A stretch of 64,000 nucleotides of DNA from an uncultured Acidimicrobiia bacterium (GTDB taxonomy: Bacteria > Actinomycetota > Acidimicrobiia > Spongiisociales > UBA5794), in assembly GCA_963812375.1 (NCBI GenBank), contig CAWEUW010000007.1, forward strand, positions 489,791 to 553,790, in the 5' to 3' direction. Made by a program: the position numbers and the translations under genes. Below the pieces are notes generated by a model. The model worked only from the letters and a program-made list of their open reading frames with translations. It did no database searches and was not told where the DNA came from. This document shows, in pieces, positions 11,622 through 21,979 of this stretch. Numbering within the stretch: position 1 is the stretch's first letter; every line of letters begins with the position of its first letter.

Positions 11622-12698
11622 TCAGGCCGTCAGGTCACCGACCACGAACGCTCCCGGCTTCCGCAGCTCGAGCCCGACCCTGGTCTCCAACCGAGCCTGG
11701 GTCGTGTTGTACTAGTGGCCGGAGCCGAGGATCACGTCGGCCCCGTCGCGGAACAGCGCCGGGAACCACACCAACCTGGCGCTCTCCCTCGGCCTGAGCC
11801 TGATGGCGTCGGGTGCGAACCGTCCGACGATCGACTGACCGGCAGGCATCCTCGTGGACAGGGCGACCGGCGCACCCCACGCGTCTGCCGGGCCGAGTCG
11901 ATGGGCAGCGAGCGGCCACCGGCACCGGGGTCCGACATCACGTAGACGTCGCTGTCCTTGGTGAGTTCGATGCCCTCGAAGTCGGTGGGGTGCAGCACCA
12001 CGGTGAACGGGCCGGGGATGCCGGCGACCTGCAACTTGGTGTGGACTTGCGGATCGTGGACAGCACGTCGGTGGCGAACGCCTGGGCCAGCACGCCCGAA
12101 GTGTTGAGGATGCCGTTGAAGTCGTCCTTCGGGGCGGCGTTGTCCACGTCACCGCTGATGACCAGGCCCTCGATGGCTGCGGTCACGTCCGCCAGCAGCG
12201 AGGAGGTCACCGAGTCGGCGAAGCCGGGCACGTCCTGCAACAGGCGCTCGGGGATCGGGGGAGCCAGTTCGGCGACGACCCTGGCCCGGTCCTCGACCAA
12301 CACGTACTGGTAGTCGGCAACTGGCTTGCTCGTGTAGTCGGCGCGGGAGGCGGCGTTGGACGTGTGGACCGACTGCCTTCCGTAGGAGAACTGGTCGGTG
12401 CCTTCCAACCCAGTGCCGGAATCTGGGAGAGCAGGTCCCTCGGTGGCACATCGACATCGGTGACCTCCGCGGCCGCCACCGGGACGGAGATCGACCCTGA
12501 CGGGGTGACAGCCTTCGAGCCAACCGCCGCGTGGTGGTCGGCCACCATGGTCCGCATCGTCGACTTCCAGGAGGCGGGGTTCAGCCGGCGCTTGGCCAGC
12601 GCCTCGTCAGAGTCGTCGCCCTTGGCGAAGCGGGTGCGACTGACCTCGTCGCCACCGATCTCCTCAGCGGCTTCCATCGAGGCGAGCTTCGCCTTGAG
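11622..12698 (-). pseudogene. Phage major capsid protein, HK97 fold; N-terminally truncated, frameshifted, in-frame TAG at 11712-11714
   Basis: FNGILNTSGV, VVLHPTDF..IELTKD, WGAPVALST.MPAG..IVG, and C-terminal NTTQARLETRVGLELRKPGAFVVGDLTA*. Confidence 0.8.
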
Positions 12699-13048
12699 AC
12701 AGGATCTCCACCAGGAGGTAGGGCGTCCCCGTGTACCGGATGTTGTCCTCGGAAGAGGCATCGAACACGATCACGTCCGGCACGAACTCATCCCGCCCGA
12801 CCTTCCACGCCCACTCGTGCAGCACCTCGACGCTCGCCGGAAGTTGGGCATGCAGGAGCGCCTCGAAGTTCCTGGCCGATTCGCTGGTGGCGTCTGGTCG
12901 CCGACGGGCTCACCACGAACTCGCCGTCGACGTACTCGCCACGCGCATCCTCTGGGAGCGCCAGATATTCGTCCCACGACATGGGAACCCGATCGCCGTC
13001 CTGCATGGTGACCATCGCGCCATCCACGGTACTCCTCGTGCTCGTCAC
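12697..13048 (-). pseudogene. N-terminal part of a Uma2-family endonuclease, broken off after VEILS
   Basis: [33 protein letters not shown]...FVPDVIVF...TPYLLVEILS; one frameshift near 12875; GGAGG before the GTG at 13048 (start uncertain). Confidence 0.85.
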
Positions 13049-13082
13049 ACCTACCTCCCGGCCCTCGGGCCTTCGACGACGA

Positions 13083-13104
13083 AAGCTACGAGGAGCCTGT
13101 GACA
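13083..13104 (-). promoter_or_regulatory. RecA-NDp/PafBC-like promoter motif upstream of Uma2
   Basis: Minus strand TGTCAC-aggctcctcg-TAGCTT (TGTCxx-N10-TANNNT). Confidence 0.5.
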
Positions 13105-13116
13105 GGACTGCCGGGA

Positions 13117-13728
13117 TCAGACGGCCAGGGTGAGCTCCCAGCGGTCGTCGGTCGTCGGGGCGAAGCCGACCTTGCGCAGGTAGCGACGGTGCGGGTCGGT
13201 GGTGGCGACGGCGGCGACGCGGTGGATGCCGTGCTCGTCGAGTAGCCGGTGCGGCGAGCGGTAGAGGAACCGGGCCGGCTCCATGTCGCGGTAGCGCGGA
13301 GCCACGTAGTCGAGCTCGATCTCCAGCGTGTCCCGGTACTGGCGGCCGATCACCACCCCGGCCGGGACCATGTCGCGCAGCACGAACACCACGATCCGGT
13401 CGGCGCCTATCGGTAGCGCGAACTCGGGCTGGAACTTCTCGATCTCGTCGGTGTGGAATTCGAGGTACTCGTTGAGGTACACCGAATCGGGCTGCACCTC
13501 GAGCAGCGAGAAGTACTCCTCGTCGGTCCACCACTGCCACAGCCGGAACCCATGGAGGCCGACGATGACGGCGTTGGTCGCCGCCACCGGGTAGGCGCCC
13601 ACCAACAGTGCGTAGATGCAGAACAGGAACGAGCCCACCAGGCCGATCATCCGCAGCTTGAGCACCGACGACATCGAGAGCGAGATGACGACGGTGAGGG
13701 AGGCGACGTACCCGAGGACCTCGATCAC
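13117..13728 (-). CDS. Membrane protein (YgjV-like N-terminus, acetyltransferase-like C-terminus)
   Basis: [21 protein letters not shown]..., then [10 protein letters not shown] and YLRKVGF. Confidence 0.75.
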   Translation of the reverse strand: MIEVLGYVASLTVVISLSMSSVLKLRMIGLVGSFLFCIYALLVGAYPVAATNAVIVGLHGFRLWQWWTDEEYFSLLEVQPDSVYLNEYLEFHTDEIEKFQPEFALPIGADRIVVFVLRDMVPAGVVIGRQYRDTLEIELDYVAPRYRDMEPARFLYRSPHRLLDEHGIHRVAAVATTDPHRRYLRKVGFAPTTDDRWELTLAV

Positions 13729-13768
13729 CTGCCGAACGTAGCACCCGCCTTGCCCCGACCGCCCTCCC

Positions 13769-13830
13769 CTCCCAGCGAACTTTGAGCGAGTGACGCCATT
13801 GGGTGTGGTCATTCGCTCAAAGAATGGGAG
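13769..13830. repeat. REP-like palindrome, copy 1
   Basis: CTTTGAGCGAGTGAC-N13-GTCATTCGCTCAAAG with outer CTCCCA/TGGGAG arms. Confidence 0.7.
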
Positions 13831-13849
13831 GCCACCGTTCCCTGGTAGC

Positions 13850-15433
13850 ATGACTCCCGTACGGGCATCTCGCCCTACCGACGCCGGAGGCCTCCGCCCC
13901 GGCGGGGCCAGCAGGGCATCCTCCCGGATCCACTCGAGCAGGCCTTCTTCGCCCTCGACCAGGAGCCTTCATGCCTTCCCCTTCGCCGATCTCGGCGTGC
14001 CCGGTGACCTCGTCGCCGTCCTCGACCGCGCCGGCCTCACCGAGCCCTTCCCCATCCAGACCGCCACGATCCCTGACGCCATGGCCGGCCGCGACATCGC
14101 CGGCCACGCCCCCACCGGGTCGGGCAAGACCCTGGCCTTCGCCATCCCGCTGGCGGTCAACGTCGGCCCGTCACGGCCTCGCCGCCCCTCCGGGCTGGTC
14201 CTCGTGCCCACCCGTGAGCTGGCCGAGCAGGTGCGGCGCGAGCTCGCTCCACTGGCATCGGCGGCCGGCCGTCGGGTGACCACCATCTACGGCGGCGTCG
14301 GCTACGGGCCGCAACGGGCCGCCCTCAACCGCGGCGCCGACATCGTGGTCGCCTGCCCAGGACGGCTCGAGGACCTCATCGAACAGCGTGCCGTCGACCT
14401 CTCCGGGGTCCACATCGCCGTGGTCGACGAGGCCGACCGGATGGCGGACATGGGGTTCCTCCCCGCCGTCAAGCGCATCCTCGACCTCACCGCCCACGAT
14501 CGGCAGACCCTCTTGTTCTCGGCAACGCTCGACGGCGTGGTCGACGTCCTGATCCGTCGGTACCAACGCGACCCGCGCCGCTTCGAAGTCGCCGGCGACG
14601 AGGGGGAGCCGGGCACGGTGCGTCACCTGTTCTGGCAGGCCGAGCACGCCGGCAAGGTCGGTCTCACCGCCGAGGTGGTGGCCCGCCACGACTCGGCCAT
14701 CGTGTTCTGCCGCACCAAGCACGGTGCCGATCGGCTCACCCGCCAGCTCGCCCAGCACGGGGTGCCGGCAGTCGCCATCCACGGAAACCGGACCCAGCCG
14801 CAGCGCCACCGCGCCCTACAGCGGTTCGCCTCCGGTGAGGTGCGCGCCCTGGTGGCCACCGATGTGGCCGCCCGAGGCATCCACGTCGACGCCGTCGGCT
14901 GCGTGGTGCACTTCGACCCGCCCAACGACGAGAAGGACTACCTCCACCGCTCCGGGCGCACCGGCCGCGCCGGGGTCGACGGCACCGTGGTCTCGCTGCT
15001 GATGCACGACCAGGTGCGGTCGGCGCAGCGGATCCAACGGAGTCTCGGCCTCCGCCAGGGCGTCGACCGCGTCGACCTGCACACGCTGGGGGCGCCGCTG
15101 ATCGCAACGGTCGCCCGTCCGGCGCATGCCGCCTCCGAGGTTCCGGAACGCGGCGAGCGCCGCAATGCCGGCCGGCCCCGGCAGGACGGCGCCGACCGCA
15201 ACCGCCGTGGCGGGCAGGGGCGGAACCGCTCCGATGCGGCTCGGCGTCGGGACGCCGGCGGCGATCGACGCTATTCGGCGTCGACCGACCGTGACAACGC
15301 CGCTGGTTGGCAAGGCGAGCGGCCGTCCGACGAGCGTCGTGGCGAGGGATCCCGCAGCCAGCGATCCGGCCAACCGGGCGGCTCCCATCGCGCCCGCCAG
15401 ACGAATCGGAACCGGCGCCGCCGCTATCCGTGA
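13850..15433 (+). CDS. DEAD-box RNA helicase
   Basis: [41 protein letters not shown]; Arg-rich tail; start uncertain. Confidence 0.95.
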   Translation: MTPVRASRPTDAGGLRPGGASRASSRIHSSRPSSPSTRSLHAFPFADLGVPGDLVAVLDRAGLTEPFPIQTATIPDAMAGRDIAGHAPTGSGKTLAFAIPLAVNVGPSRPRRPSGLVLVPTRELAEQVRRELAPLASAAGRRVTTIYGGVGYGPQRAALNRGADIVVACPGRLEDLIEQRAVDLSGVHIAVVDEADRMADMGFLPAVKRILDLTAHDRQTLLFSATLDGVVDVLIRRYQRDPRRFEVAGDEGEPGTVRHLFWQAEHAGKVGLTAEVVARHDSAIVFCRTKHGADRLTRQLAQHGVPAVAIHGNRTQPQRHRALQRFASGEVRALVATDVAARGIHVDAVGCVVHFDPPNDEKDYLHRSGRTGRAGVDGTVVSLLMHDQVRSAQRIQRSLGLRQGVDRVDLHTLGAPLIATVARPAHAASEVPERGERRNAGRPRQDGADRNRRGGQGRNRSDAARRRDAGGDRRYSASTDRDNAAGWQGERPSDERRGEGSRSQRSGQPGGSHRARQTNRNRRRRYP

Positions 15434-15548
15434 GCGCGGTCTAGCCGGCCGCCCGCCGCCGCCGCTTCGACCCGGACGACACTCAGGCGGTCGACGCTCC
15501 TCCCGCTCTATACAATCGCCGTCCGTGGCGACCGAGAGAGGAAGCGGG

Positions 15549-16741
15549 TTGAAGACGCACGCCGTCACCATGCTGGGGACCGGGCTGATCGGTGACTTCT
15601 ACACGATGACCCTGCACGGCCAGCGGGGCCGCGACCGGGTTGGGGTCGTGTACTCCCGAACCGAGGAGCGGGCGGCCGCCTTCGCCGAGCGCTGGGACAT
15701 CCCCGCCACGTCGACCGACATGCGCCAGGCGATCGAGCATCCCGACACCGACGTGGTGGTCGTCGGCCTCCCCAACCATCTCCACGAGGAGGCGATCGCC
15801 CTCGCCGCCGACGCCGGCAAGGCGATCCTCTGCACCAAGCCCCTGGCCCGCACCGCCGACGAGGCGAAGCGGATCCTCGACAAGGTGGAGGCAGCCGGGG
15901 TGTTCGCCGGGTATCTCGAGGACCTCTGCTACACCCCGAAGACGCTCAAGGCGATCGCCGCCGTCGAGGGCGGTGCGGTCGGCGACGTCACCTGGGTGCG
16001 CTCCCGGGAGACCCACCCGGGCCCGCACAGCGCCTGGTTCTGGTCGGGCGATCTCGCCGGCGGCGGGGCTGTCGTCGACCTCGGATGCCACTGCATCGAG
16101 ATCATCCGCTGCTTCGTCGGCAAGGGGAACCGCCCGGTCGAGGTGATGGGCGTCGTCGACACCTTCGTCCATCCCATCGAGGCCGAGGACAACGCGGTGG
16201 CGCTGATCCGGTTCGAGTCGGGCGCCATCGGCCAGTTCGAGGTGAGCTGGACCTTCCGGGGCGGGATGGACCTGCGCGACGAGGTGGCCGGCACCGAGGG
16301 CACCATCTGGCTCAACCACTTCCTGCGCACCGGCTACGAGATGTTCACCGACGGGTGGAGGCGGCGGCTACGTCGCCGAGAAGGCGGAGACGTCGGCGGG
16401 GTGGCTGTTCCCGGTGGGGGACGAGGTGGTCGAGCTCGGCTACGTCGACATGTTCGCCGACATGTTCGACGCCATGGATGCCGGCACCGAGCCGCAGGGA
16501 GACCTTCTACGACGGGTACGTGGTGAACGGGATCATCGACGCCGTGTACCGCTCCGCCGCCTCGAAGCGGTGGGAGCCGGTCGACATCGAATGGCGGGGC
16601 GGATCGACCCCGCCCATCGCCAAGCCGGCGGCCACCTTCGAGCGCTACACCGTCATCAAGGAGGAGGTCCTCCCCGACGGCCGGCGCAAGATGATCCTCA
16701 AGGACCCAGACACCGGCGAGTTCCACGACCGCATCGTGTGA
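15549..16741 (+). CDS. Gfo/Idh/MocA oxidoreductase (frameshifted)
   Basis: [30 protein letters not shown]. Confidence 0.85.
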
Positions 16742-16755
16742 CCGAAAGGGAGAGC

Positions 16756-18191
16756 ATGACCACGACCGCGCTGCGCAACTTCATCGACGGCGACTTCGTC
16801 GAGCCCGCCGAGGACCGAACCGCGCCCGTGGTGAACCCGGCCACCGAGGACGCCTACGTCGAGGCCCCGGTGTCGTCGGCGGCGGATGTCGACCGGGCGA
16901 TGCAGGCGGCCGCCACCGCATTCGAGACCTGGCGGGAGACGACGCCGAGCGAGCGGCAGCTCATGCTGTTGCAGGCTCGCCGATGCCATCGAGGCCGACG
17001 CCGACAACCTGGCCGACCTGGAGAGCGCCAACACCGGCAAGCCCCGCCACCTGGCGTTGGGCGACGAGATCCCCCCGATGGTCGACCAGATCCGGTTCTT
17101 CGCCGGTGCCGCCCGCGTCCTCGAAGGGCTGTCGGCCGGCGAGTACATGGCAGGTCACACCTCGATGATCCGCCGCGAGCCGATCGGGGTGTGCGCCCAG
17201 GTCACTCCCTGGAACTACCCGATGATGATGGCGGTGTGGAAGATCGCCCCGGCGCTCGCCGCGGGCAACACCGTGGTGCTCAAGCCGAGCGACACCACCC
17301 CGGTGACCACGCTCCGGCTCGCCGAGCTCGCCGCCGGCATCTTCCCGGCGGGGGTGCTCAACGTCATCACCGGCGACCGTGACACCGGGAAGGCGATGAT
17401 CGAGCACCCCATCCCGCAGATGGTGTCGATCACCGGTTCGGTGCGGGCGGGGATGCAGGTGGCGACTTCGGCGGCTGCCGACCTGAAGCGGACCCATCTC
17501 GAGCTCGGTGGCAAGGCGCCGGTGATCGTGTTCGACGACGCCGACGCCGCCGCCGCCGCCGAGGCCATCGCCGGTGCCGGCTACTACAACGCCGGGCAGG
17601 ACTGCACCGCCGCCACCCGGGTGCTCGCCGGGCCGGGGATCCACGACGAGTTCGTGGCCGCCCTCACCGAGCAGGCGGAAGGGACACCGGTCGGCATGCC
17701 CGACGACGAGGACGCCGCCTTCGGCCCGGTCAACAACCCCACCCAGCTCGACCACGTCACCGGGTTCATCGACCGGCTCCCCGACCACGCCGTGCTCAAC
17801 ACCGGCGGGAAGCGGGTGGGTGACACCGGCTTCTTCTACGCCCCCACCGTCGTCTCCGGCCTTGTCCAGGAGGACGAGGCCAGCCAGAACGAGATCTTCG
17901 GCCCGGTGATCACGGTGCAGCGTTTTCACCGACGAGGACCAGGCGCTGGCCTGGGCCAACGGGGTCCGCTACGGGCTGGCGTCATCGGTGTGGACCCGGG
18001 ACCATGGGCGGGCGATGCGGATGGCCAAGCGGCTCGACTTCGGGTGCGTGTGGATCAACACTCACATCCCGCTGGTGGCCGAGATGCCCCACGGCGGGTT
18101 CAAGCACTCCGGGTACGGCAAGGACCTGTCGATGTACGGGTTCGAGGACTACACCCGCATCAAGCACGTGATGAGCAACATCGAGGGATGA
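16756..18191 (+). CDS. Gamma-aminobutyraldehyde dehydrogenase, PatD/Prr-like (frameshifted)
   Basis: [36 protein letters not shown]. Confidence 0.88.
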
Positions 18192-18340
18192 CTTTCCTTT
18201 CCCTCTCCGGGGGAAAGGAGGCGGCGACAGGGGCTGCAGGCCGGCACAGCTGACGGAAAGGGGGTGGTTCCTCTGCCCGTGCCCGCGAGCGGGGCCGCAG
18301 GCCGGCACCGCAGACGAGGGGGGCAGCAACGCCCGAGCGA

Positions 18341-19234
18341 TCAGGTTCGCCAGGCGAGCCAGCGCGCCGGGTTGTCGAGCAGCAGCGCCGTGATCGTGGC
18401 CTGCTCGACACCGTTGCCGCGTAGAGATGGGACGAAGTCGGTGAGCAGCCAAGCCAACCCGGGTTGCCCTCCCAGCGAGGACCACATGCTGCGGCGGGCC
18501 CCGTCGGTGCCCAGCATCAGTCGCCCGGCATGGCCGTCGGCGAGCATCGCCACCAGCAGCCCGATGGTGACGGCCGGTCGACGAAGGCACTGGTCGTAGA
18601 CCAGGTTGACCCCGCTTGCCAGCAGCTGGCGGTGGTAGCCGGGGTCGTCGACCTTGTCGGTGTGTGAGAGGGCGACTCGACCAGGGTCGACTCCGAGGCC
18701 GATCAGCAGGAGGACCTGTTCCATCCCGCCCTTGCCGTCCTCGCAGTGGGTGAGGACCGGCGCCCCGGTCTCGGCAGAAGCGGCGGCGGCGGCGGCGAAG
18801 ACCAGCCGGGCACGCCGGTCGACACCCTCGGGCCCGGTCGACACCTTGATCACCCCGCACGGGTGCTCAGGCCCGGTGAGGTCAGCGAGGAACCGGTCGG
18901 CGAGAAGGTCGACGTCGTCGGGCAGCGGCTCGACGTCGTATCGAGCGGTGTGCCTTCCCGTTGCAGCCACGATGTTCACCCCGCTGCGGCGGCTGATCTC
19001 GGCGAGCCGGGTGGCGTCACCTCCCTGCGCCACCGGCATGGCGTCCACCACTGCTCCCAGCTCGGCCCGGCGCCAGGGCTCGAGCTCGGCGACGGCGTCT
19101 TCCACCGAGGACAGGTGGATCTGGGGGAACCGGGTGGCCACCACCGGCGAGTCGATGATCAGGTGCTCGTGGGCTGCGGTGACCCCCAGCTCGGCGGCGG
19201 GGACGTCGCCGAGGACGGTACGGACGACGCTCAA
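18341..19234 (-). CDS. Phosphotriesterase-family amidohydrolase/lactonase
   Basis: VRTVLGD, HEHL, GVIKV, THCE, SHTD, LGTD metal-ligand pattern. Confidence 0.85.
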   Translation of the reverse strand: MSVVRTVLGDVPAAELGVTAAHEHLIIDSPVVATRFPQIHLSSVEDAVAELEPWRRAELGAVVDAMPVAQGGDATRLAEISRRSGVNIVAATGRHTARYDVEPLPDDVDLLADRFLADLTGPEHPCGVIKVSTGPEGVDRRARLVFAAAAAASAETGAPVLTHCEDGKGGMEQVLLLIGLGVDPGRVALSHTDKVDDPGYHRQLLASGVNLVYDQCLRRPAVTIGLLVAMLADGHAGRLMLGTDGARRSMWSSLGGQPGLAWLLTDFVPSLRGNGVEQATITALLLDNPARWLAWRT

Positions 19235-19554
19235 CTTCCCGCCAGGTACCGGTCGACCACGGCGAGCTGGGAGCGCAGCGCGGCGGCGGCGTCGCGGCGA
19301 TCGTGCGCCTCGTAGGTGGCAATGGCGGCGGCCAGCTCGTCCGCCTCGCTTCGCACGATGCTCACCGCCTCGTCCTCACTGACATGGCGCCGGGGTACGT
19401 CGGCCGCTCCGACCGTCCCGAGGGCCGGCCCAGGCGCCACCGCGGCGGCGTTGTCGATGGCGGCGACGAGTGTCCGCAACACGCCGGTCGTCTCCAGATC
19501 ACGGGCGGCGAGGGCGGTGGCCAGGTCCTGCTTCAGCCGGTCGTGCAGGGTCAT
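19231..19554 (-). CDS. Small GatB/YqeY-like protein
   Basis: LKQDLATALAARD...LRTLVAAIDNA...DVPRR. Confidence 0.7.
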   Translation of the reverse strand: MTLHDRLKQDLATALAARDLETTGVLRTLVAAIDNAAAVAPGPALGTVGAADVPRRHVSEDEAVSIVRSEADELAAAIATYEAHDRRDAAAALRSQLAVVDRYLAGS

Positions 19555-19582
19555 CGTGCCCGAGACGCTACCCATGGGCCGG

Positions 19583-20899
19583 TCACAGCTCGACGATGGC
19601 ACCCTGGCGGCGCAGGCTCTCCTGCACCTGCGCAGCGGTGATCGTGCGGACCTCGCCGGTGGCGACCGCCATCGCCGCCGTGGTTCCCACCGCCTGGCCC
19701 ATCGCCATGCACTGTGCCATCGACCGGATCGACGCCTGGGCGTCGTGGGTGGCGGAGAAGCACCGGCCCGCTACCAACGTGTTGGTCGAGTCCCGGACCA
19801 CGAGGCTGGACAGCGGGATTCCCACGGCCTCGCCGTCCGGTAGGTACACCCAGGTGGTGCCGGTGCCGGCACCCCCATGATGGTCCTCGATCGGAGCACC
19901 GCACAGCCCGATCTGGTCGTCGAACTGGCGGGCCGACAGTACGTCCTGGCGGGTCACCCGGTAGTCGCCGTGGACCCGACGAGTCTCCCGCAGCCCGATC
20001 TGGGTACCCAGGGCGATCAAAGAGGCATGCTCATAGCCGGGAACCCGATCGACGAGGAAGCGGGCGTACTCGAGCGCCTGGCGCCGGCCCTCCATCTCGA
20101 CCGCGGTGAGCACGTCGGGATCGGTTGCGTTGGACACGGTGCCGTCAGGCCCGACCGAGACGTGCTCGATGCGGGTCATCACCGTCGCCGTCATGCCTTC
20201 GACGGGAGTGATGTGGTCGCTGCCCTCCCGGCGAGGGAGGTCGAAGTCACCGCTCTCCGCTGCCGCCGCCATCAGGTCGTGCAACTCGTCCCGGCTCACC
20301 TCCCGCCGCCTCGCCATGTCCACGTTGCCCATGCGGAAGGTGGTGGTGAGCGTCTGCGCCGGCCCTTCGGTCGCCGGCGAGCTCATATCCGAAGCCGGCG
20401 TGGTGACACACGTCGGCATCTCCAGAGGCGTCGACGACCACCCGGGCGCCAACGGTGCGCAGCCCCGCCTTGGTGGCGACGGTCAGCCGTACGACCCTTC
20501 CGTCCTCGACCTCGACGTCCTGCACGAACCCATGGAGCAACACCGACGCACCGGCCTCGACCACCAGCCGCTCCCACACCAGCTTGAGGTGCTCCGCCAG
20601 GTAGGTGACCCCGGTGCCGGCGCCGTAGGTGTTGGGCCGCTCCACCACAGGGCCGAGCGCCGCCAAGCCGGCGACCACGTCGTCGCCGATCCCACCCACG
20701 ACCTTGCGGGCACGTGACCCGGGTGTGTAGAAGCCGTAGAAGGTGTCGAGCACCGCCGTCGAGTTGCCTCCGAGGAACGGCAGCTTCTCGATCAGCAGGG
20801 TGCGGGCGCCGGCCCGGGCGGCGGCGATGGCGGCCGGCGACCCGGCCGACCCCGACCCCACCACCACCACGTCGAAGTCCCCGTACGGAGTCAGATCAT
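19583..20899 (-). CDS. FAD-dependent oxidoreductase (frameshifted; start uncertain)
   Basis: DVVVVGSGSAG..AAIAAAR.G, DASGDAD, GLRETRR, VAGRCFSATH, CMAMGQA. Confidence 0.85.
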
Positions 20900-20909
20900 C
20901 CCCCGCCGC

Positions 20910-21032
20910 CGAACCTGAGGTTCCTACCTATCGCTCCGATAGGTGATCCTCTCAGGCTCGACAGAGCCACGATCCGGGCGCCGAACTTCAGGCGATTGCC
21001 TATCGCTCCGACATGCCAGGACCTCAGGTTCG
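20910..21032. repeat. Tandem pair of 51-bp REP-like hairpins
   Basis: Units 20910-20960 and 20982-21032, each CGAAC...CCTATCGCTCCGA...CTCAGG(C/T)TCG. Confidence 0.75.
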
Positions 21033-21050
21033 CAGCACTCCTCGAGGTGG

Positions 21051-21966
21051 TCACACCACGTAGGGGGCGAGCACGTTGCGGGCGAGGAGGAAGCCGCGCT
21101 TGACCAGCTCGTCGGTGCCCTCCCACTTGCGGTCCTCGTGCTCGACGCAGATCACGCCCGTCGTACCCGACCCGGTAGAGGGCGGAGAAGAACGCCTGCC
21201 AGTCGACCTCGCCCAACCCGGGCAGCCGGGGCACCTGCCACCCGATCCCGGCCGACAGGATGCCGTGGTCGAACAGCCCCTCGGCGTCGATCTCCAGGTC
21301 CTTGGCGTGGATGTGGTAGATGCGCTCGCCGAACTCGTCGATGACCCCCGGGATGTCGATCATCTGCCACACCAGGTGCGACGGGTCGAGGTTGAGCCCG
21401 ACGGTCTCGCCGAACTCGTCGAACATCTCCCGCCAGATCGCCGGCGAGTAGGCCAGGTTGTGCCCCGAGGGCCACTCGTCGTGGGAGAAGATCATCGGGC
21501 AGTTCTCGATGGCGATCTTCACCCCGCTGTCGGCGGCATGGCGCACCAGGTCCGGCCACACCTTCTTGGCGTCCTCCCAGTTGTCCGCCTGGGTCTTGGC
21601 GCCGTCGGCACCGATGAAGGTGTTGACCACGGGCACTTCCATCATCCCGGCGGCGGTGATCACCTTGCGCAGGTGGTCGTGGACCGCCTCTCGGTGGTCC
21701 GGGTCGGGATGGAGCGGGTTCGGGTAGTAGCCCAGCCCGGATATCTCGATGCCACGCTGGGCGAGATCGCCGACGACGTCGGCAGCCTGGTCGGACGACA
21801 GCCCGTCGACGTCGAGGTGGCAGACGCCGGCATAGCGGCGGGCGACCCCCTCGGCCTTGGGCCAGGCGCACACCTCGAGGGCGACGAACCCGTTGGCGGC
21901 GGCCCAGTCGGCCACCTCGGTGAGCGGGGTCTCCGGGAAGGGTGCGGTGAGCAGTCCCAGCTTCAT
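21051..21966 (-). CDS. Sugar phosphate isomerase/epimerase (xylose-isomerase-like TIM barrel)
   Basis: GYYPNPL, IENCPM, LNLDPSHL, HIHAKD, CVEHED; frameshift near 21160. Confidence 0.88.
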
Positions 21967-21979
21967 GGGTGTGTTCCTC

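Larger units (their letters stand above)
9870..12698. mobile_element. Decayed prophage / phage-satellite-like insert between the Uma2 halves
   Basis: Contains an HK97-type capsid gene, resolvase-like ORF and iteron-like array; no portal, terminase, primase or intact integrase seen. Confidence 0.65.

Noticed and set aside
11712-11714. Pyrrolysine or stop-codon reassignment in the capsid
   Set aside because: TAG is a normal stop in neighbouring genes (e.g. 3640-3642) and no pyl genes are visible.
11622-12698. Capsid gene as an encapsulin
   Set aside because: Coiled-coil N-terminal remnant, phage-type C-terminus and resolvase/iteron neighbours fit a viral capsid; no typical cargo gene adjacent. 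A profile search would settle it.
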